A DNA stretch of 64,000 bases from Utricularia gibba (lineage: Eukaryota; Plantae; Magnoliophyta). Below the pieces are notes generated by a model. The model had not been told where the DNA came from. It saw nothing but the letters and a program-made list of their open reading frames with translations, and searched no databases. Below are positions 23,331-36,652 of the stretch, one piece after another. Positions within the stretch are counted from its first letter, which is position 1; each line of letters starts with the position of its first letter. The position numbers and the translations under genes were made by a program. Where the stretch lies: positions 2,356,001 to 2,420,000 of the forward strand of contig NEEC01000012.1 of the NCBI GenBank assembly GCA_002189035.1, given 5' to 3'.

Positions 23331-26300
23331 ATGAGTCTGGAAGAGTTGTACAGTAGGCAGTTCGAAGTAGAAGATGATGAGGAGGACGACAGTGATTGGG
23401 AACCTCCGGCTGTTAGCGACCAAGCCGTTTTTGAAATCCCAAAGTGGTTTTGTATCAATTGCACAATGAGCAACATTGGAGATGACAGTCATTGTGATGT
23501 AGGGCTATTACTTTTTACCCTGTACTTAATTCGTGTTTTTTATTTTTTTCGATTGTCTTTATTGTTCCCATGAATTCGCTTTATGTTTTTCTTTTCTTTC
23601 TCGATATTATAGTTGTGCGGTGAACATAGGGAATCTGGAATACTAAAGCATGGTTTCCTGGCTTCCCCGCTATGTCGGGCAGAGGATTTTGCGGCAAATA
23701 ATTCACTTGCAAATGATCAATTGCAAGGTTTGATGGCATTTAACAGTTACTTGTGGTCCTGCATTAAACCGTACTCTTTGTTGTGCTTGCAGTCAGTTTT
23801 TCATTTCTATATTGATTATCCAGATCAAACGATTCCTCCTGATATACCCATGGTTTTAGGGCGAATTTATTTCCAATTACTTATTAAATTGATACTTGTT
23901 CCTGGATACTGAAGCAATGCTTCTGCAACAGATAACAGCTTGCAAATTAATGCCTCAAAGAGTGTTACCGCTGTAGGATTTGATGAGAGAATGCTGCTTC
24001 ACGAAGAAGTATGGTAGTTTCATTCCATATCTCATTTTTTTTAATCATTTCCCCTTGTGGCTTTGGGTTCGCTCAATCTTGAGCATTAAAAAATGATAAG
24101 TGGCTACTGAGATCATCCTTACCTATTTTTCTATGCATGCCTGTGTTGAGAAATAAAATGTTGGTGAGTGTCTATTGCATGCTGTCTTTCTAAATAACAT
24201 ATTTAGTAGGTATCCTTTGTATTTTTGAAATTCCTGATGTTCCACCAATGTCCTCAACATCATTGTTACAAAAGGTTGCAATAAAGTCCCATCCCCATCC
24301 TGAAAGACCAGATCGCCTTCGAGCCATTGCTGCAAGCCTTGCTACGGCAGGTTTGTGTTGCTAATTTTCCTTTTTACATTTCACGAATTCATGCGCTCCT
24401 CATATTTTCAGAGACTCTTCGTTTAAACTACCCCCCCCCCCCCCCCCACCCCAAACCTCCACACCCACCCTGAACAAAAGTATGGGGATGCAACAAAAGG
24501 TCCCTCTACATAATTTCCATGTGTTGTTGTTCAAATAGAAGATATTATTGTATTTCTCTGTTGTTAATATAACTTTTTTTCTTCTTAATTCCCTGTATGA
24601 GATAAATCGTCAGTTTTCTTCCTGTTTCTTCATTTACAATTTCTGTTACTGGGGATCATTGGCTTGTAAAAGAAAATCAGAGGCTGTAATTTCGGCACCT
24701 TTTACTTAGTCAACAATTTTAGTGCTATTCATTGTCTAGTGGTCTCTTTAGAACTTGATTGGCTAACTGATACGTGTTCTGAAATAATTTTAGGTATATT
24801 TCCAGGAAGGTGCTCCCCAATATTGGCCAGAGAAATAACCAGAGATGAACTACTTAAAGTAAGTGCTAATTTTCTTGTTACCATTTGGTTTCCTAATTTT
24901 TTTTCAGATATTTACAAATCCTTTAATTCTGTGATTTAGGTTCATGCAATTGAGAATGTTGAAGCTGTTGAATGTACAAGTCATGTCCTAAGCAGGTACG
25001 TGAAGTGTCCAAAGGATTCTTATACATTGATTAACATTACTGAGTGCGTTGTTTGTTTACTTTAAGACAATCTTGAGCGTAACAAAACTCTTCAAGATTA
25101 TTTTATTTCACATTATGAAACCTTTGCACTCGAATTTCTTAGTTTAGGAATTTGGATAACTGTATGAAAATTCCCAATTTCTTGCAAACAGCTATTTCAC
25201 GCCAGATACGTATGCCAATCAATTTTCTTCTCGTGCTGCGAGGCTTGCAGCGGGTTTGTGTTTTGATCTTGCTGCTGCAATATACACTGGAAAAGCAAAA
25301 AATGGTTTTGCTCTTGTAAGATTATATATTAATATTTGCTTCAAATTCTTTGCATTCAGCAAAAACTAACACCTATGGGAGAGTAAAAGATGTTTTCTGT
25401 CTTTCTTTCTTGGTTTCATTTAATGAGCAGATTCGACCTCCAGGCCACCATGCTGGTGTGAAACACGCCATGGGTTTTTGCCTTCACAACAATGCTGCTC
25501 TAGCGGCATCAGCTGCTCAGATATCAGGAGCGAAGAGGGTTGTGATAATTGACTGGGTTCGTATGTGTGTTTTAGTTATTCATGAGTAACAATTACAGAT
25601 ATTTTTTGGTAGCATTGGATTGTCTTTGTTACAGGACGTACATCACGGGAATGGCACTCAGGAAATTTTTGAGAAAAGTAAATCGGTGAGCCTTCGAGAA
25701 TCCTGCATTTTTAGCTTATTACTATCAGAAGGGTCATCGTTTTAAAATTTTTAGTACCTTCTTTTTGTTGAAAACTTTCAGATAAGTTTGCTTAGTGTTA
25801 TTCTGAAAGGTTTTGGATATGCTCAGTGCACAGTTATAATTTGGAGCGCTGTGAATTTTCTGATTGTGTTCAGGATGTGACTGATTTATTTTTTTTAAAT
25901 ACTTCATTGCATCTTTCCACCGACTACTATTTTCTTAAAGTGTGTATTTTGTACCTGATTTTCATGCAGGTTTTGTATATATCTCTACACAGACATGAGG
26001 GTGGGAAGTTCTATCCTGGCACTGGGTCTGCGTATGAGGTACCTATTGTGAATTTTATTCTCTTCATTAGAATGTCATCATCTCTGTGGTTTTGTTTTCT
26101 GGATGATGAATTACAACATTATCTTAGCATCGGTTTTGATACATCTTTCCTGCTTATTTAGATTCTTCTTTTGCGTTCATTCATCAGTAGTTCCATTACA
26201 GATTGGTGTGATGGGGGCGGAAGGATATTGTGTGAATATTCCATGGAGTCGTGGTGGCATTGGTGACAATGACTATATTTTTGCTTTTCAGCATATTGTA

Positions 26301-28107
26301 CTTCCTATAGGTCAAACCTTTCCCCAGTGGTTCTTATTGACTGCTTCTCACGATATATTTGTTGCATATTTCTCAACCTGTGCTTGTCGGATTTTTACCT
26401 ATTTTTATATTGATGTTTTCATTCATGCAGCTACGGAGTTTCATCCGGATTTTACAATAATTTCTGCTGGATTTGATGCTGCTAGGGGTGATCCACTTGG
26501 AGGCTGTGATGTATTTGATTTTTTTTCCTTGCTGTAGTTATGCATATACTTTCTTCTTTTTTTAGTTTATATATATAGTTGGTTGGTTGTTTTTCTGAGT
26601 GAAATTTATCTGGATTTTCCTTCAGAGGTTTTTTATCTTGTTTTGCTCATGTCATTGTGAAGGTTACCCCAGCTGGATTTGCACGGATGATGGAGATGTG
26701 TTGTGAGTTATCTAGGGGAAGGATATTGGTGATCCTTGAGGGCGGGTTTGTTGCCTGTTCATATCACTTCCTCTCATTTTCTTGTTATACCTCCTCTTTC
26801 CTTCTTTATGTGTTCACTCTTAATATGGTGCTTCTCTTTATCTTGTTAACAAAAGTTTTTTTTTCTTTAACTCCTTTTTACATGATATATTGCTGCGTTT
26901 CACAGCTATAATCTTCGATCCATATCACACTCAGCTACTGAAGTTATTAAGGTAATTTCTGCTTGATGTGTCATTGAGGTTTCGTTCCTTTGGGAATGCT
27001 GATAAATTTCCAGCCATACCAGATGCATGAATTTTCGCACGTCTTCAGAGTCCTTAGCCCGTTTCAGCTTTCCTCTAGACATTCATGGATTGAGTTTTTT
27101 TGTTTCTTTTTTTTTTTTAGAGTCCCGTTTCATCTCCTCTCTGTTTGCACTTGCAGGTTTTACTTGGTGAAAGATCAAGGGAGAGTCCAGGAAAAGTAAT
27201 TCCCACTAAATTTGGGTTGCAAACTGTTATGGATGTACTAGAGATTCAGTCAACGTGTTGGCCTTCTCTAGAGACCATCTTCTCTGCGCTCAAGAAAGAA
27301 TGGGGAGCATATGCTCTCCAGTGTGATAGTCAGTATCATCTTTTCTTGTCTTTTTCATGACTCTTATTAACCATCCTAAAGTTCAATGCTTCCTGTTGTT
27401 TTTTAGTTGATTATAGTGGGTAGCATCTAAAACATAGGCCTTCTATGATTTGATTTCCAGTTACCTAGCTTGGACCCTAGTTTTCAAAATTTCCATACCA
27501 CCATTGTTGGGAAACTGTTAGAAATTTGGAAGAATATTGACTATTTGTTTTCCTAAACCCACCAACCGACTTTCGTGGCCGATTATTAACTTGGCCAGTT
27601 TTCATTCTAAACTTGAGACCAGGCAACAAGGTTAATTCTTATAGCATATAAGCCTGGGTGTTTCTAGTGAGTCAATTTTTTTCCATTATATGAACTGGAT
27701 ATTAGGTTTTTGACCAGCCAATTTGCTGGCATGATAGGAGTTTAGACTTCCAGCAGCCCTAATTTGACAACCTGCACCTCTGATTGATACATTCTCTCCC
27801 CAGAAAATATAGCCATATGCTACAGTTTAACGAACAATTGACATTGATCTTATTCTTTGTGTTAAATCGATTGTTTCTTGTGATTTTGTATTAGTAAATA
27901 GATTCATGTGGCAATTTTAATCCAAAGATCAAACTAGTCAAGTTCTTGCAGATCGTGCCACCTGATCTCACATTCACTTGTGTGTGTGCAGGAGCAAAAG
28001 TGAAGAGAAGAAGCAGGAGGATGAAGGCCCCCAGCTGGTGGAAGTGGGGACGCAAAAGATGGTTGTTCAAGGTGTGGCTCAGGGGTCGCACTTCTTCTCA
28101 GTTCTAG
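23331..28107 (+). CDS. HDA15: Histone deacetylase 15 (class II, RanBP2-type zinc finger); true start may be upstream at 23204
   Basis: In-frame exons give [17 protein letters not shown]...[65 protein letters not shown], and a last exon (to TAG at 28107) with [11 protein letters not shown]. Confidence 0.93.
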
Positions 28108-28633
28108 GTTTTTGTATCTTAGGGGCGCCTCATTTAGCAGTAAGCTGTAGTGTAGTAGATTGCCATTTATCTCAGACTCAGTCTCCCAGCGTTTTCCCCC
28201 TTGAAACTAACTACAGCACCCATAGCTCCCAACTAGCTTTGCTTACTCTTAGCTTTGTTTGATGTTGATTTCAAATGTGCAGCTTGGGGCTCCCCCTTTT
28301 TTCAGGTTGGTTCAAATGTGTTTTTTTTTCATTTATTTTAAATAGATTTATTAAATATACATTTATAAAACTTAATTTAAATACATTATTAATATATATT
28401 TTTTGTAATTTTTCAATTAAAAAAACAAGTGCAAGTATTAAATAACAAATAATTTTTTTGATATTCTAAAAAATAAAAGCGATATAGTGTTTATTCATTT
28501 TATTGTATAGTGAAGGCCCATTAGTTGGTTTGTATGTTTGGGCCTAGTGATAAATATAGTCTGATTTTCTTCTTTGTTCCCGTCGTCCGCTCACGTTGCT
28601 CTCACTCCGTGTTTTGGAGAAGTCGAATTATCA

Positions 28634-30616
28634 ATGACGATTAGGGCTTTGTTTCTGCTCGCTTTGCTCCTCTGCTCCACCTCGCTTCTTCAAGGTTAGA
28701 CGGAGATCCATAAGAACTGCATCACATTGGAAATTAAGAATTGAATTTCCAATGCGACAATCCGTCTTCACATTTGTGCATGCAGAAGCGCCTTCATTTT
28801 CCTTCTAACTTGATTTAGCTTTAAACTGTTCTTATTCTGCTCGGTTTGTTGAAGTGCATGGATAGCGATGCTTTCGTGCGCAATTGTTTGAGACTAAAAA
28901 TCTACGTTATATCTTGCAATTTACCGTTTTAATGACAGGCATTTTTATACGATTGGAAATTAGCTTTATTGACAAGGATTACGTCCCAAAATCAGAAATA
29001 AACGTGAGGATGAAATGATTAATAAGCGATGAGGGGATATTACGGCGTTTCTTGTGTATTTATGATTCATAGGCCTTCAAGTTGTACTATTTATGGTTAT
29101 TCCATGCACGCTCATGAAATCTGTTTGCGCCTTGTAGAAAGAATCATATATTTAAGTTTTTTTTTTTCCTTCTTTTTGAATGTGGTCCGTGCCAGCAATC
29201 GAATGTACTTCATTGTAATTTCCTGCTAATTTTTTTGTAGTCTCAAGATGTCAGTCAGATTCAGATGTAGAAGTAGTTGAATCTACTGAGGAGAAAGGTG
29301 ATCTTGGAATTGTTGGTGATGATGTCCAAGATTTTGATGGTGGAAGTTTTATTCCAGCTCCTGGTGTGGAGACAGCTTATGTTTTTTCAAAGAATCCCTC
29401 AAAGGGTCAGCAATTGCTTTAACTTCGTTTTGACATCTACAGCAATCATTTGTTTTTATGTCTGTAAAGGGCCTTTTTTCTTGATTGCAGTAATCGTGGC
29501 TGGGGAAGAAAGCACCCTTCTGGTCGGGATACAAAATTTGGGTAATCACTTTCTTCAATGGATTCGTCTTGCTTAACATCTTTTTTGAGACCAGTATGAA
29601 TTTGTTCTTAGACTAGTTGCATTCTAATTTTTCCTTTTTGGCTTTGCTTTGCATTGAAACAGCTAAATTGTGTTTTTTTAACCATTTGGCGTACAAACGT
29701 AGGTGAATCAAATATAAATGTCATTGCCATCCAGGCTAGTGTTCATCTTCCTTTTGACCACCGATACCTTGTCCAGAATCTAACTGTACAGGTATATCTT
29801 TGTATTTGTTATCCTCAGTGTTATTAAAACTTTTTTAAACTGAGCTTCTGTGTCTGGAAAGTGATAACCTATTGGGTCAAGATTTGATTCTCTCTTTTTA
29901 TCCAATTTAATTTCCTTGGAAGCTTCGAATTGAATTCTGTATTTTTGTGTCTACTAGGTTTTCAACAGTTCATCAGTATCTCCATTATCTCAAGCAGCTT
30001 ATCCGTACGCATTTACAATCAGCAAGTTCTTGCAGGTAATGCGATGTCTGATTCACTGCTGGTTTAGTTCCTAGCTGCCTCCCTAATTCCATGTACCTTG
30101 CAGGCAGGTACCTTTGATCTGGTGGGGACCATCGTTTACGAGATTGATCAACACCCTTTTCAGAATACATTCTACAATGGAACAATTGAGGTTACCGAAA
30201 CTGGAGGCCTACTCAGCGTTGAGTCTGTGATCTTACTTTTCCTCGGTGTGGCACTTCTTGGTCTTTTCGGATTTTGGTTACGTGCTCAAGTAGCACAGTT
30301 GTCCAAGGTAACTTGTTCTTGCAACAGAAGAAGAAACTCAATGTTATGTCGAGTGTGTTTATGGATTATCAAAAAGGTTCTCTTCCTTTTCATTATCAAA
30401 AAGGTAACTTGTTTCTTTTCATCAGAAAACAAAGAAGGCTCCCAAGGTGGAGGTTGGAACTGCAACAACTGATTCCTCAATGGATGAATGGCTGCAGGTT
30501 GGTTTGTGCCTGCTTAATTTCCCCTTTCACTCTTCCATTCGAGCATCATGTTTCCCATGTCCTCGCAGGGAACTGCCTACACTCAATCCTCCAACAAATC
30601 CAAGAAAAAGAAGTAA
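28634..30616 (+). CDS. Translocon-associated protein subunit alpha (TRAP-alpha/SSR1)
   Basis: Eight exons: signal peptide, acidic region, VAGEES..LVG..N.GESN.NVIAI.ASVHLPFDHR.LVQNLT, FYNGTIEV.E.GGLLS.ESV.L, TM helix, MDEWLQGTAYTQ...KSKKKK*. Confidence 0.92.
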
Positions 30617-31335
30617 ACCTTTCGTGGCCATTGTACTTGGTCTTCCATGGTTCCGATTCCAACAGGCACAGGTCTAAAACTCAAATTACCTGTCGAGAAT
30701 ATGTATCTGATCAGACTTGCTGTTGTAACTGTAGGGATAGACCCTGAGCTTCTTGCATGAAATCAACACCACACGGGCATCCAATGTTGGCACCAGTGGA
30801 TGCCACAACCAACGAGCAGCTAACCCTCTGTCTCATGCCCAAAGCAGCCCCCTTTATTTTCATTTTGCCCAACTAAAATCAACACAAACCAAAGGAAATC
30901 AAGATGCGCCACCATGTTACCTTAGACCGGACAACGTGAATAATTCAAATGGGACTGAAGCATGGTTTTTTCCATTGGGAGTTAGGTGTATTAGAAATAT
31001 AGTCCTATTTTTATTATTGTGGGAGAAAAGTGGTTATTTGTAATGTAATTTTTTTTAATTTAATATATAAAAAAGAATATATGGTTTGATATTTTTCTAA
31101 ATGATCAGAAGTGTGTGAAAGTTGAATGACAGATTTGAAGGGATTATTTTATTTAATTAATTTTTGAAAAAAAAAAAAAAAAAAAAGGCAAACGGGCATT
31201 GAGATTGATAACCGCCACCTTCCGGAGAAGAACGATGATACATGATCCTGCAACTAATGATGTCTCGTGTGTTTCCTCTGTAGAAAACCTGATGCAGATT
31301 CCTCGATCGGTCTCCTATTCCCTGATGTGCGAAGA

Positions 31336-32979
31336 ATGAGTTCTGTACATGGAGCCTCGAAGAAGCCGAAATGTAAATCCCTTTCTTTGTGTTTCCCATG
31401 TGATCAGAAAACACCTATTTCGTTGTATTTTGGCATGGGAGTTCATCTCCATTTCGTTCTTCTTTCAGATTCTAGGTTCTCACAGCAAGAGCTTCCTGCG
31501 TGTAAACCAATTTTAGACCCCAGATTGGTATGTTTCGATGAATGCAAACGGAATGTGTTGTGAGTACTGACTCCTTTTGAGGTTGTTTTCTACCAGGTGG
31601 TTGCGATTCTTTTGTGCGTTTCCGTAGTGTTCATTCCAATTGGTCTCGTCTCCCTTTCTGCGTCAAAAAATGTATGGAGTTGTCGGAAAAGAAAACCTGC
31701 TTTTATTAAGAAAAAGCTCCACTGAGACGTGATTTCTCTCTGCAGGTCGTTGAAATCGTGAATCGGTATGATGATGCTTGTGTTCCGTCTGAACTTTCTG
31801 ATGATCAAAAGATTGGGTTCATTCAGGATGCCAAAACAAATAAGACTTGCTCCATGACATTAACTGTTTGTGCTGCTTCTTTCCCATTTAAATTTTGCAA
31901 TCCCTGTTTCATACTCTGCACCTGCTTCCGTGAGTAGATGTATCGCATTGTCAATGATGATGTTGGTGCAGACTAACATCATTCTCTACCCATTCTCCAG
32001 GTTCCAAAGCATATGAAACAACCCATTTTCGTGTATTATCAGTTGGACAACTTCTATCAAAACCACAGAAGGTTAGTACAATAGTTCCACTACTCTTAAT
32101 GTATTATAGTGGTGAGAAATCTCAATTGACAAGTGACCAGAACAACAAGGTGGTAATGGTAACTACATGTCATCTCTTGTCTTTCCTAATACAGATACGT
32201 GAGGAGTAGAAATGATCATCAACTCTCAAGCCCCAAGGATGAGTATAGAACACAGTCATGCGAGCCAAAATCTGTAAACAGCAACAATGAACCAATCGTT
32301 CCATGTGGGATCATTGCTTGGACCTTATTCAATGACTCCTATGCCTTTTCACGAAGTGGTTCTCCCTTGTCAGTCAACACGAGGGACATTTCTTGGAGAA
32401 GCGAAAGAACTAAGAAATTTGGTTCTGATGTTTACCCTAAAAACTTCCAAAGCAGTGGCTTGGTTGCTGGTGCTAAACTCAATGAAACCTTGCCGGTTGG
32501 TGCTTCATATGCTAAGGCTCAGCGTGTACACTGTTTTTGATCTTTGTTTTGTTGGTCTTGTAACAGCTGAGTGATCAAGAGGATCTGATTGTGTGGATGC
32601 GGACGGCGGCACTCCCCACCTTCAGAAAACTATATGGGAAGATCGAGACAGACCTGAAAACCAATGAAAAGATCACCATAGTGATACAAAACAACTACAA
32701 CACCTACTCCTTCAACGGTAAAAAGAAGTTGGTGATTTCTACAGTTTCATGGATGGGAGGAAAGAACGATTTCCTTGGCAAAACTTTCCTCACTGTTGGT
32801 GGAACCAGCTTATTTCTGGTCATTTCTTTCTCATTTCTCTATCTCATCATGCCAAGGTTGGTAACATTCATCACAACTCCTCTTGATTCAAGCTCTGGTA
32901 ACTACTCCCTTCATATTTTTGTAGGCCTTTGGGAGATGCAGCCTACCTGTCCTGGAATAAATGTTCCAAATCTGACTAA
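31336..32979 (+). CDS. ALIS: ALA-interacting subunit (ALIS/CDC50/LEM3 flippase beta subunit)
   Basis: Eight exons: KPKYSRFSQQELPACKPIL, YYQLDNFYQNHRRYVRSRND.QL, IVPCG.IAW.LFND, LIVWMRTAALPTFRKLYGKI, NNYNTYSFNGKKKLV, W.GGKNDFLG, PR.LGD..YLSWN. Exact paralogue not determined. Confidence 0.93.
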
Positions 32980-33357
32980 CAATGCTTTCCTACTCCAAAA
33001 ATGTGAGATTCCTGGTATATTTAGTTTAAAATAGTGTTTGATATATAGTTTAATTAATAATATATTTAAATTGTTTGGTAGTAGATAAATATCTATTATG
33101 TTATTAAGATTGAAAGCTCATTTGATACATATCTCTTGTAAATATATATTTAAACTATTATTATACTTGATAGTTGTATTTAAATGAATATTTTTTAAAG
33201 ACATAATTCAAAATATTTTATAATTGTTTTATAAAATACCTTTATAGTATAAACATCAGGTATACATAGCAAATGGTAATGCAGGTTTCAAAAATTGCTA
33301 ATGTAACTATAGAGCCTTCGATATTCGGTTCAACCTATGGGTTGAATTCGCAGCTTC

Positions 33358-33490
33358 GGGGTCGAGTTTCGGGTCGGGTTAAGATGATAACCCCTGGGTC
33401 GGCCCCGCTAACGGGTGAGGAAAATTTTTGACCCGTGACTATGGAACCCTGGTTCGGACCCTAGCTGGATCGGGTCTGACTCGAAACCTA
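33358..33490. mobile_element. Possible MITE/hAT-type relic in the TRM5 promoter
   Basis: GC-rich patch with repeated CGGGTC/GACCC motifs and partial inverted ends; no TSD identified. Confidence 0.2.
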
Positions 33491-33709
33491 TTCTATTTGC
33501 TAATCTAGACCGTTTTATTGAGCTTGCTCAAGTGTTCTCAAGGCTTGGGTTAATCCTAGTTAGTTGGGCCACGCAGTTGGGTACTCGGCCCAACCAACTT
33601 GCATCACTTTTCTTCTAGCCGCCGGCGACGCAGGTATCCTTCGAGTGGCTATTTAGACTTTCGGAGTTTGAATCCTGGAAGCTCTTTTGATTTGAGCGGT
33701 CGTATCGAA

Positions 33710-36238
33710 ATGCTGGACGAGGAAAAGTTTGTAGTGCACTTGAATTTGTGGGCACTTAGGGTGCCCCGGGAGTATTGCAAACGCGTTTCTCGAATCCTAG
33801 ATGGGTATGCTACCACCTTGTTTCTTCGGCTCTTTGTTATATACAATCCATTTTTTGTAGCGTTATCTGATGCTTGTGTTTTCTCTATTGAAGCTATTTG
33901 TTGGACAGGCCTCGCATAAAACCTGTCAAGGAGGACCCAGAAAATGATCAGAATCGATATCTATTAATGTCGGAGAAAGTTCAGAATGCAGGTTATGGTT
34001 TTTGACCATTTAATGCTTGCCCTGTCTTGGGAGTACTAGTTGAATTTAGAAACCATTTGAGTCTTCCGTTTCTTGTGGTTAACGGTCATTATTAGAATTT
34101 GGGTTATTGTTTGTTGTATTCTGAGGATGTTGTTTTATTCTTCTCTTGGCAACAGATTTATCTGAAGTGCCAAGTACTAAAGTTAGCGATTTGAAGGAGC
34201 TCTTTGAAATTCAAGTTGTTCCCTATAAATTGACCTTAGATTATTCTTATTGGCCTGCAGGTATTTACTTGTCCTTATTTGTTCAATTCCATATCACTAG
34301 GTTCTAGTCATTGCTGTCAACTTTTTTTTTTTTATACCCGACTACTTTTCATGATGGATTATCCCTAAAATCATCACCACAACTTGTTTTCATTCTTACA
34401 GACCACATACTAAAGCAAATTTTGCCAACTGGGCTGGAGGTACCTTCGTCGTTTGAGACAGTTGTTAAGTTTTCTGTCTACCTTTTTGACTCGCTACTCT
34501 GCTGTGCCTAATGCCTAAGCTTGTTCATAATCTGTAATTTTTTGTCATGTTTTGATGTCATTGCAACTCATCACATTTATTTCTTGTTTCAAACAGGTCA
34601 CATTGCACATCTCAACATAACCAATGAATTACTCCCATACAAAGATGTGATAGCAAAAGTTATTTACGATGTATGCCATTTTTTAGTTAATTTTTTTCTG
34701 TGCATAGCATAAGGTTGTTATAGTTATTGATATAGTATTTTTTTTTCCTTTTTTTCATTTTCTCATTGCAGAAAAACTATCCCCGTATTAAGACTATTGT
34801 CAATAAAGTTGGGACAATTGAGAATGAGTTTCGTGTCCCCATGTTTGAAGTTCTAGCTGGAGATAGAAATATGATCACTGAGGTTAGGCAATATGGAGCT
34901 GTTTTCAAGCTTGATTATGGCAAGGTATATTGGAATTCTAGGTTGGAACATGAGCACATAAGGTTGGTTTCGAAGTTCCAGCCTGGGGATATTATTTGCG
35001 ATGTCTTTGCTGGCGTTGGCCCATTTGCTATTCCAGCTGCACAAAAAGGATGCTTCGTTCATGCAAATGATTTAAATCCGGACAGCATTCACTATCTGAA
35101 GGTTAATGCTGAAGTCAACAAGGTTCCTAGTCTCATCAAGGCATACAATTTAGATGGACGGAAATTTATTTCTTCACTAATGGCAGTGCCTTCGACTGAA
35201 TGGTCTCTGGATTCAGACAATACAATTGGGAAAACTTCAGGGAACGGGGAGGTGCATCACCAACAACCTAATGAAAACCTTGAAAGTAATACAACTGTTA
35301 TTGCGATCGAAAATTGTTTCATGGATGTTTTGCAATGAATCCAGAGAATTTGAGGCTATTCTGATTGCAGGCAAAAGGGAAGCAGGCACGGACTTAAATG
35401 AGCAGATAGGCATTAATAAACATGTTTTCCAGCCATGCACGAAAAGGCTCTCAGAAAGCTTATACGAAGGTGCTGCTTTTCTGAAGGATGGAATTACATG
35501 GAGGCATCGCTTTAATGATTCTTAGCTTGTCATCTTTCTTTGCTTTGTTCAACAGAGAATGCGACTACCAGCAGTTTGGATGAACCTTGTTTGCCTAAGA
35601 GTAAAAAACGAGGTACTGTTAAGTGCACTGGAGCTTCACGGTCATTTGATATCAAGCCATGGGAGCACATCGATCATGTGATAATGAATCTACCTGCTTC
35701 AGCCCTGCAATTTCTAGGTAACACTTCATCCTATTTTTCCTTTTAGTTTGTCTCATGCGTTTTTATGTCCAATCCTGAACTCCTGGTCCCCATGTTTATA
35801 TAATCGTTTAGTATTGAGGAGGAATAAATTTGAACTCTTAACTGCGGTCTTGCAGATGCTTTTAAAGGTGTTATCAACAAAAAGTACTGGAGAGGATCCC
35901 TCCCATGGATCCATTGCTACTGCTTTCTTAGGTCAAATGAGACAGAAGATTTGATACGAACGGTACATTATATTTCCTTCCCTTGGAGAGTTGAGGTCTC
36001 TACTCCCCTATTCATTCAACAGTCATATTTAACCGTTTTCAGAAAGCTGAGGCATTGTTGAGTGCCAGCATACAAGAAGCAGTATTTCACAGAGTCCGGG
36101 ATGTCGCCCCGAACAAGGTAAGGTTGACTTATTTCTCCATACTTTTCAGGTGAAACTGTGGTGAAAGTTGAACCTATGCAGGCAATGCTATGCTTTAGCT
36201 TCAGATTACCTGAGGAGTGTGTTGACAAGGCGGCCTAG
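33710..36238 (+). CDS. TRM5: tRNA (guanine-37-N1)-methyltransferase, TRM5a type; one anomalous donor at 34464
   Basis: [123 protein letters not shown], ending TAG at 36238. Confidence 0.93.
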
Positions 36239-36652
36239 GAGTAAGCTGCTACCTATTCGATAACCGTATTTTATGCCCCCGGCTGCGGTAGATGGAATTG
36301 TGTCACTGCATCATAATGTTTGTTTTATTATGCAAATACTTTGAACAGTTATAGAGATGAAGTGATTGGCTTGCATTGCGGAGAACCACATCTCAACTTT
36401 TCATTTTGAATCTAAAAATCCTCAGTTTGCTATTTTAATACATTTTTGAATCAAAATGAGCGAAATTAAAGCCATCACAAAACCTTGTTCCTCTTTCTCT
36501 TACATAGGGAACTCAAACCTCGCAGTAACGATGAGAAGGGTTATTTCACCATCATGAGTTTGAAGCATACTCTCCCCTGAAGCCAAAGAACGTTGATGAA
36601 TGAAAGCAAAAAAGGGAGATTACCATAGACTCCTGGTTGCTCATCCACATAC

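Noticed and set aside
24431-24447. C17 homopolymer in an HDA15 intron
   Set aside because: Simple homopolymer of uncertain length in this assembly; no functional evidence.
27978-28262. 94-aa ORF offered as the HDA15 last exon
   Set aside because: Splice phase and the WWKWGRKR motif place the true last exon in another frame, ending at 28107.
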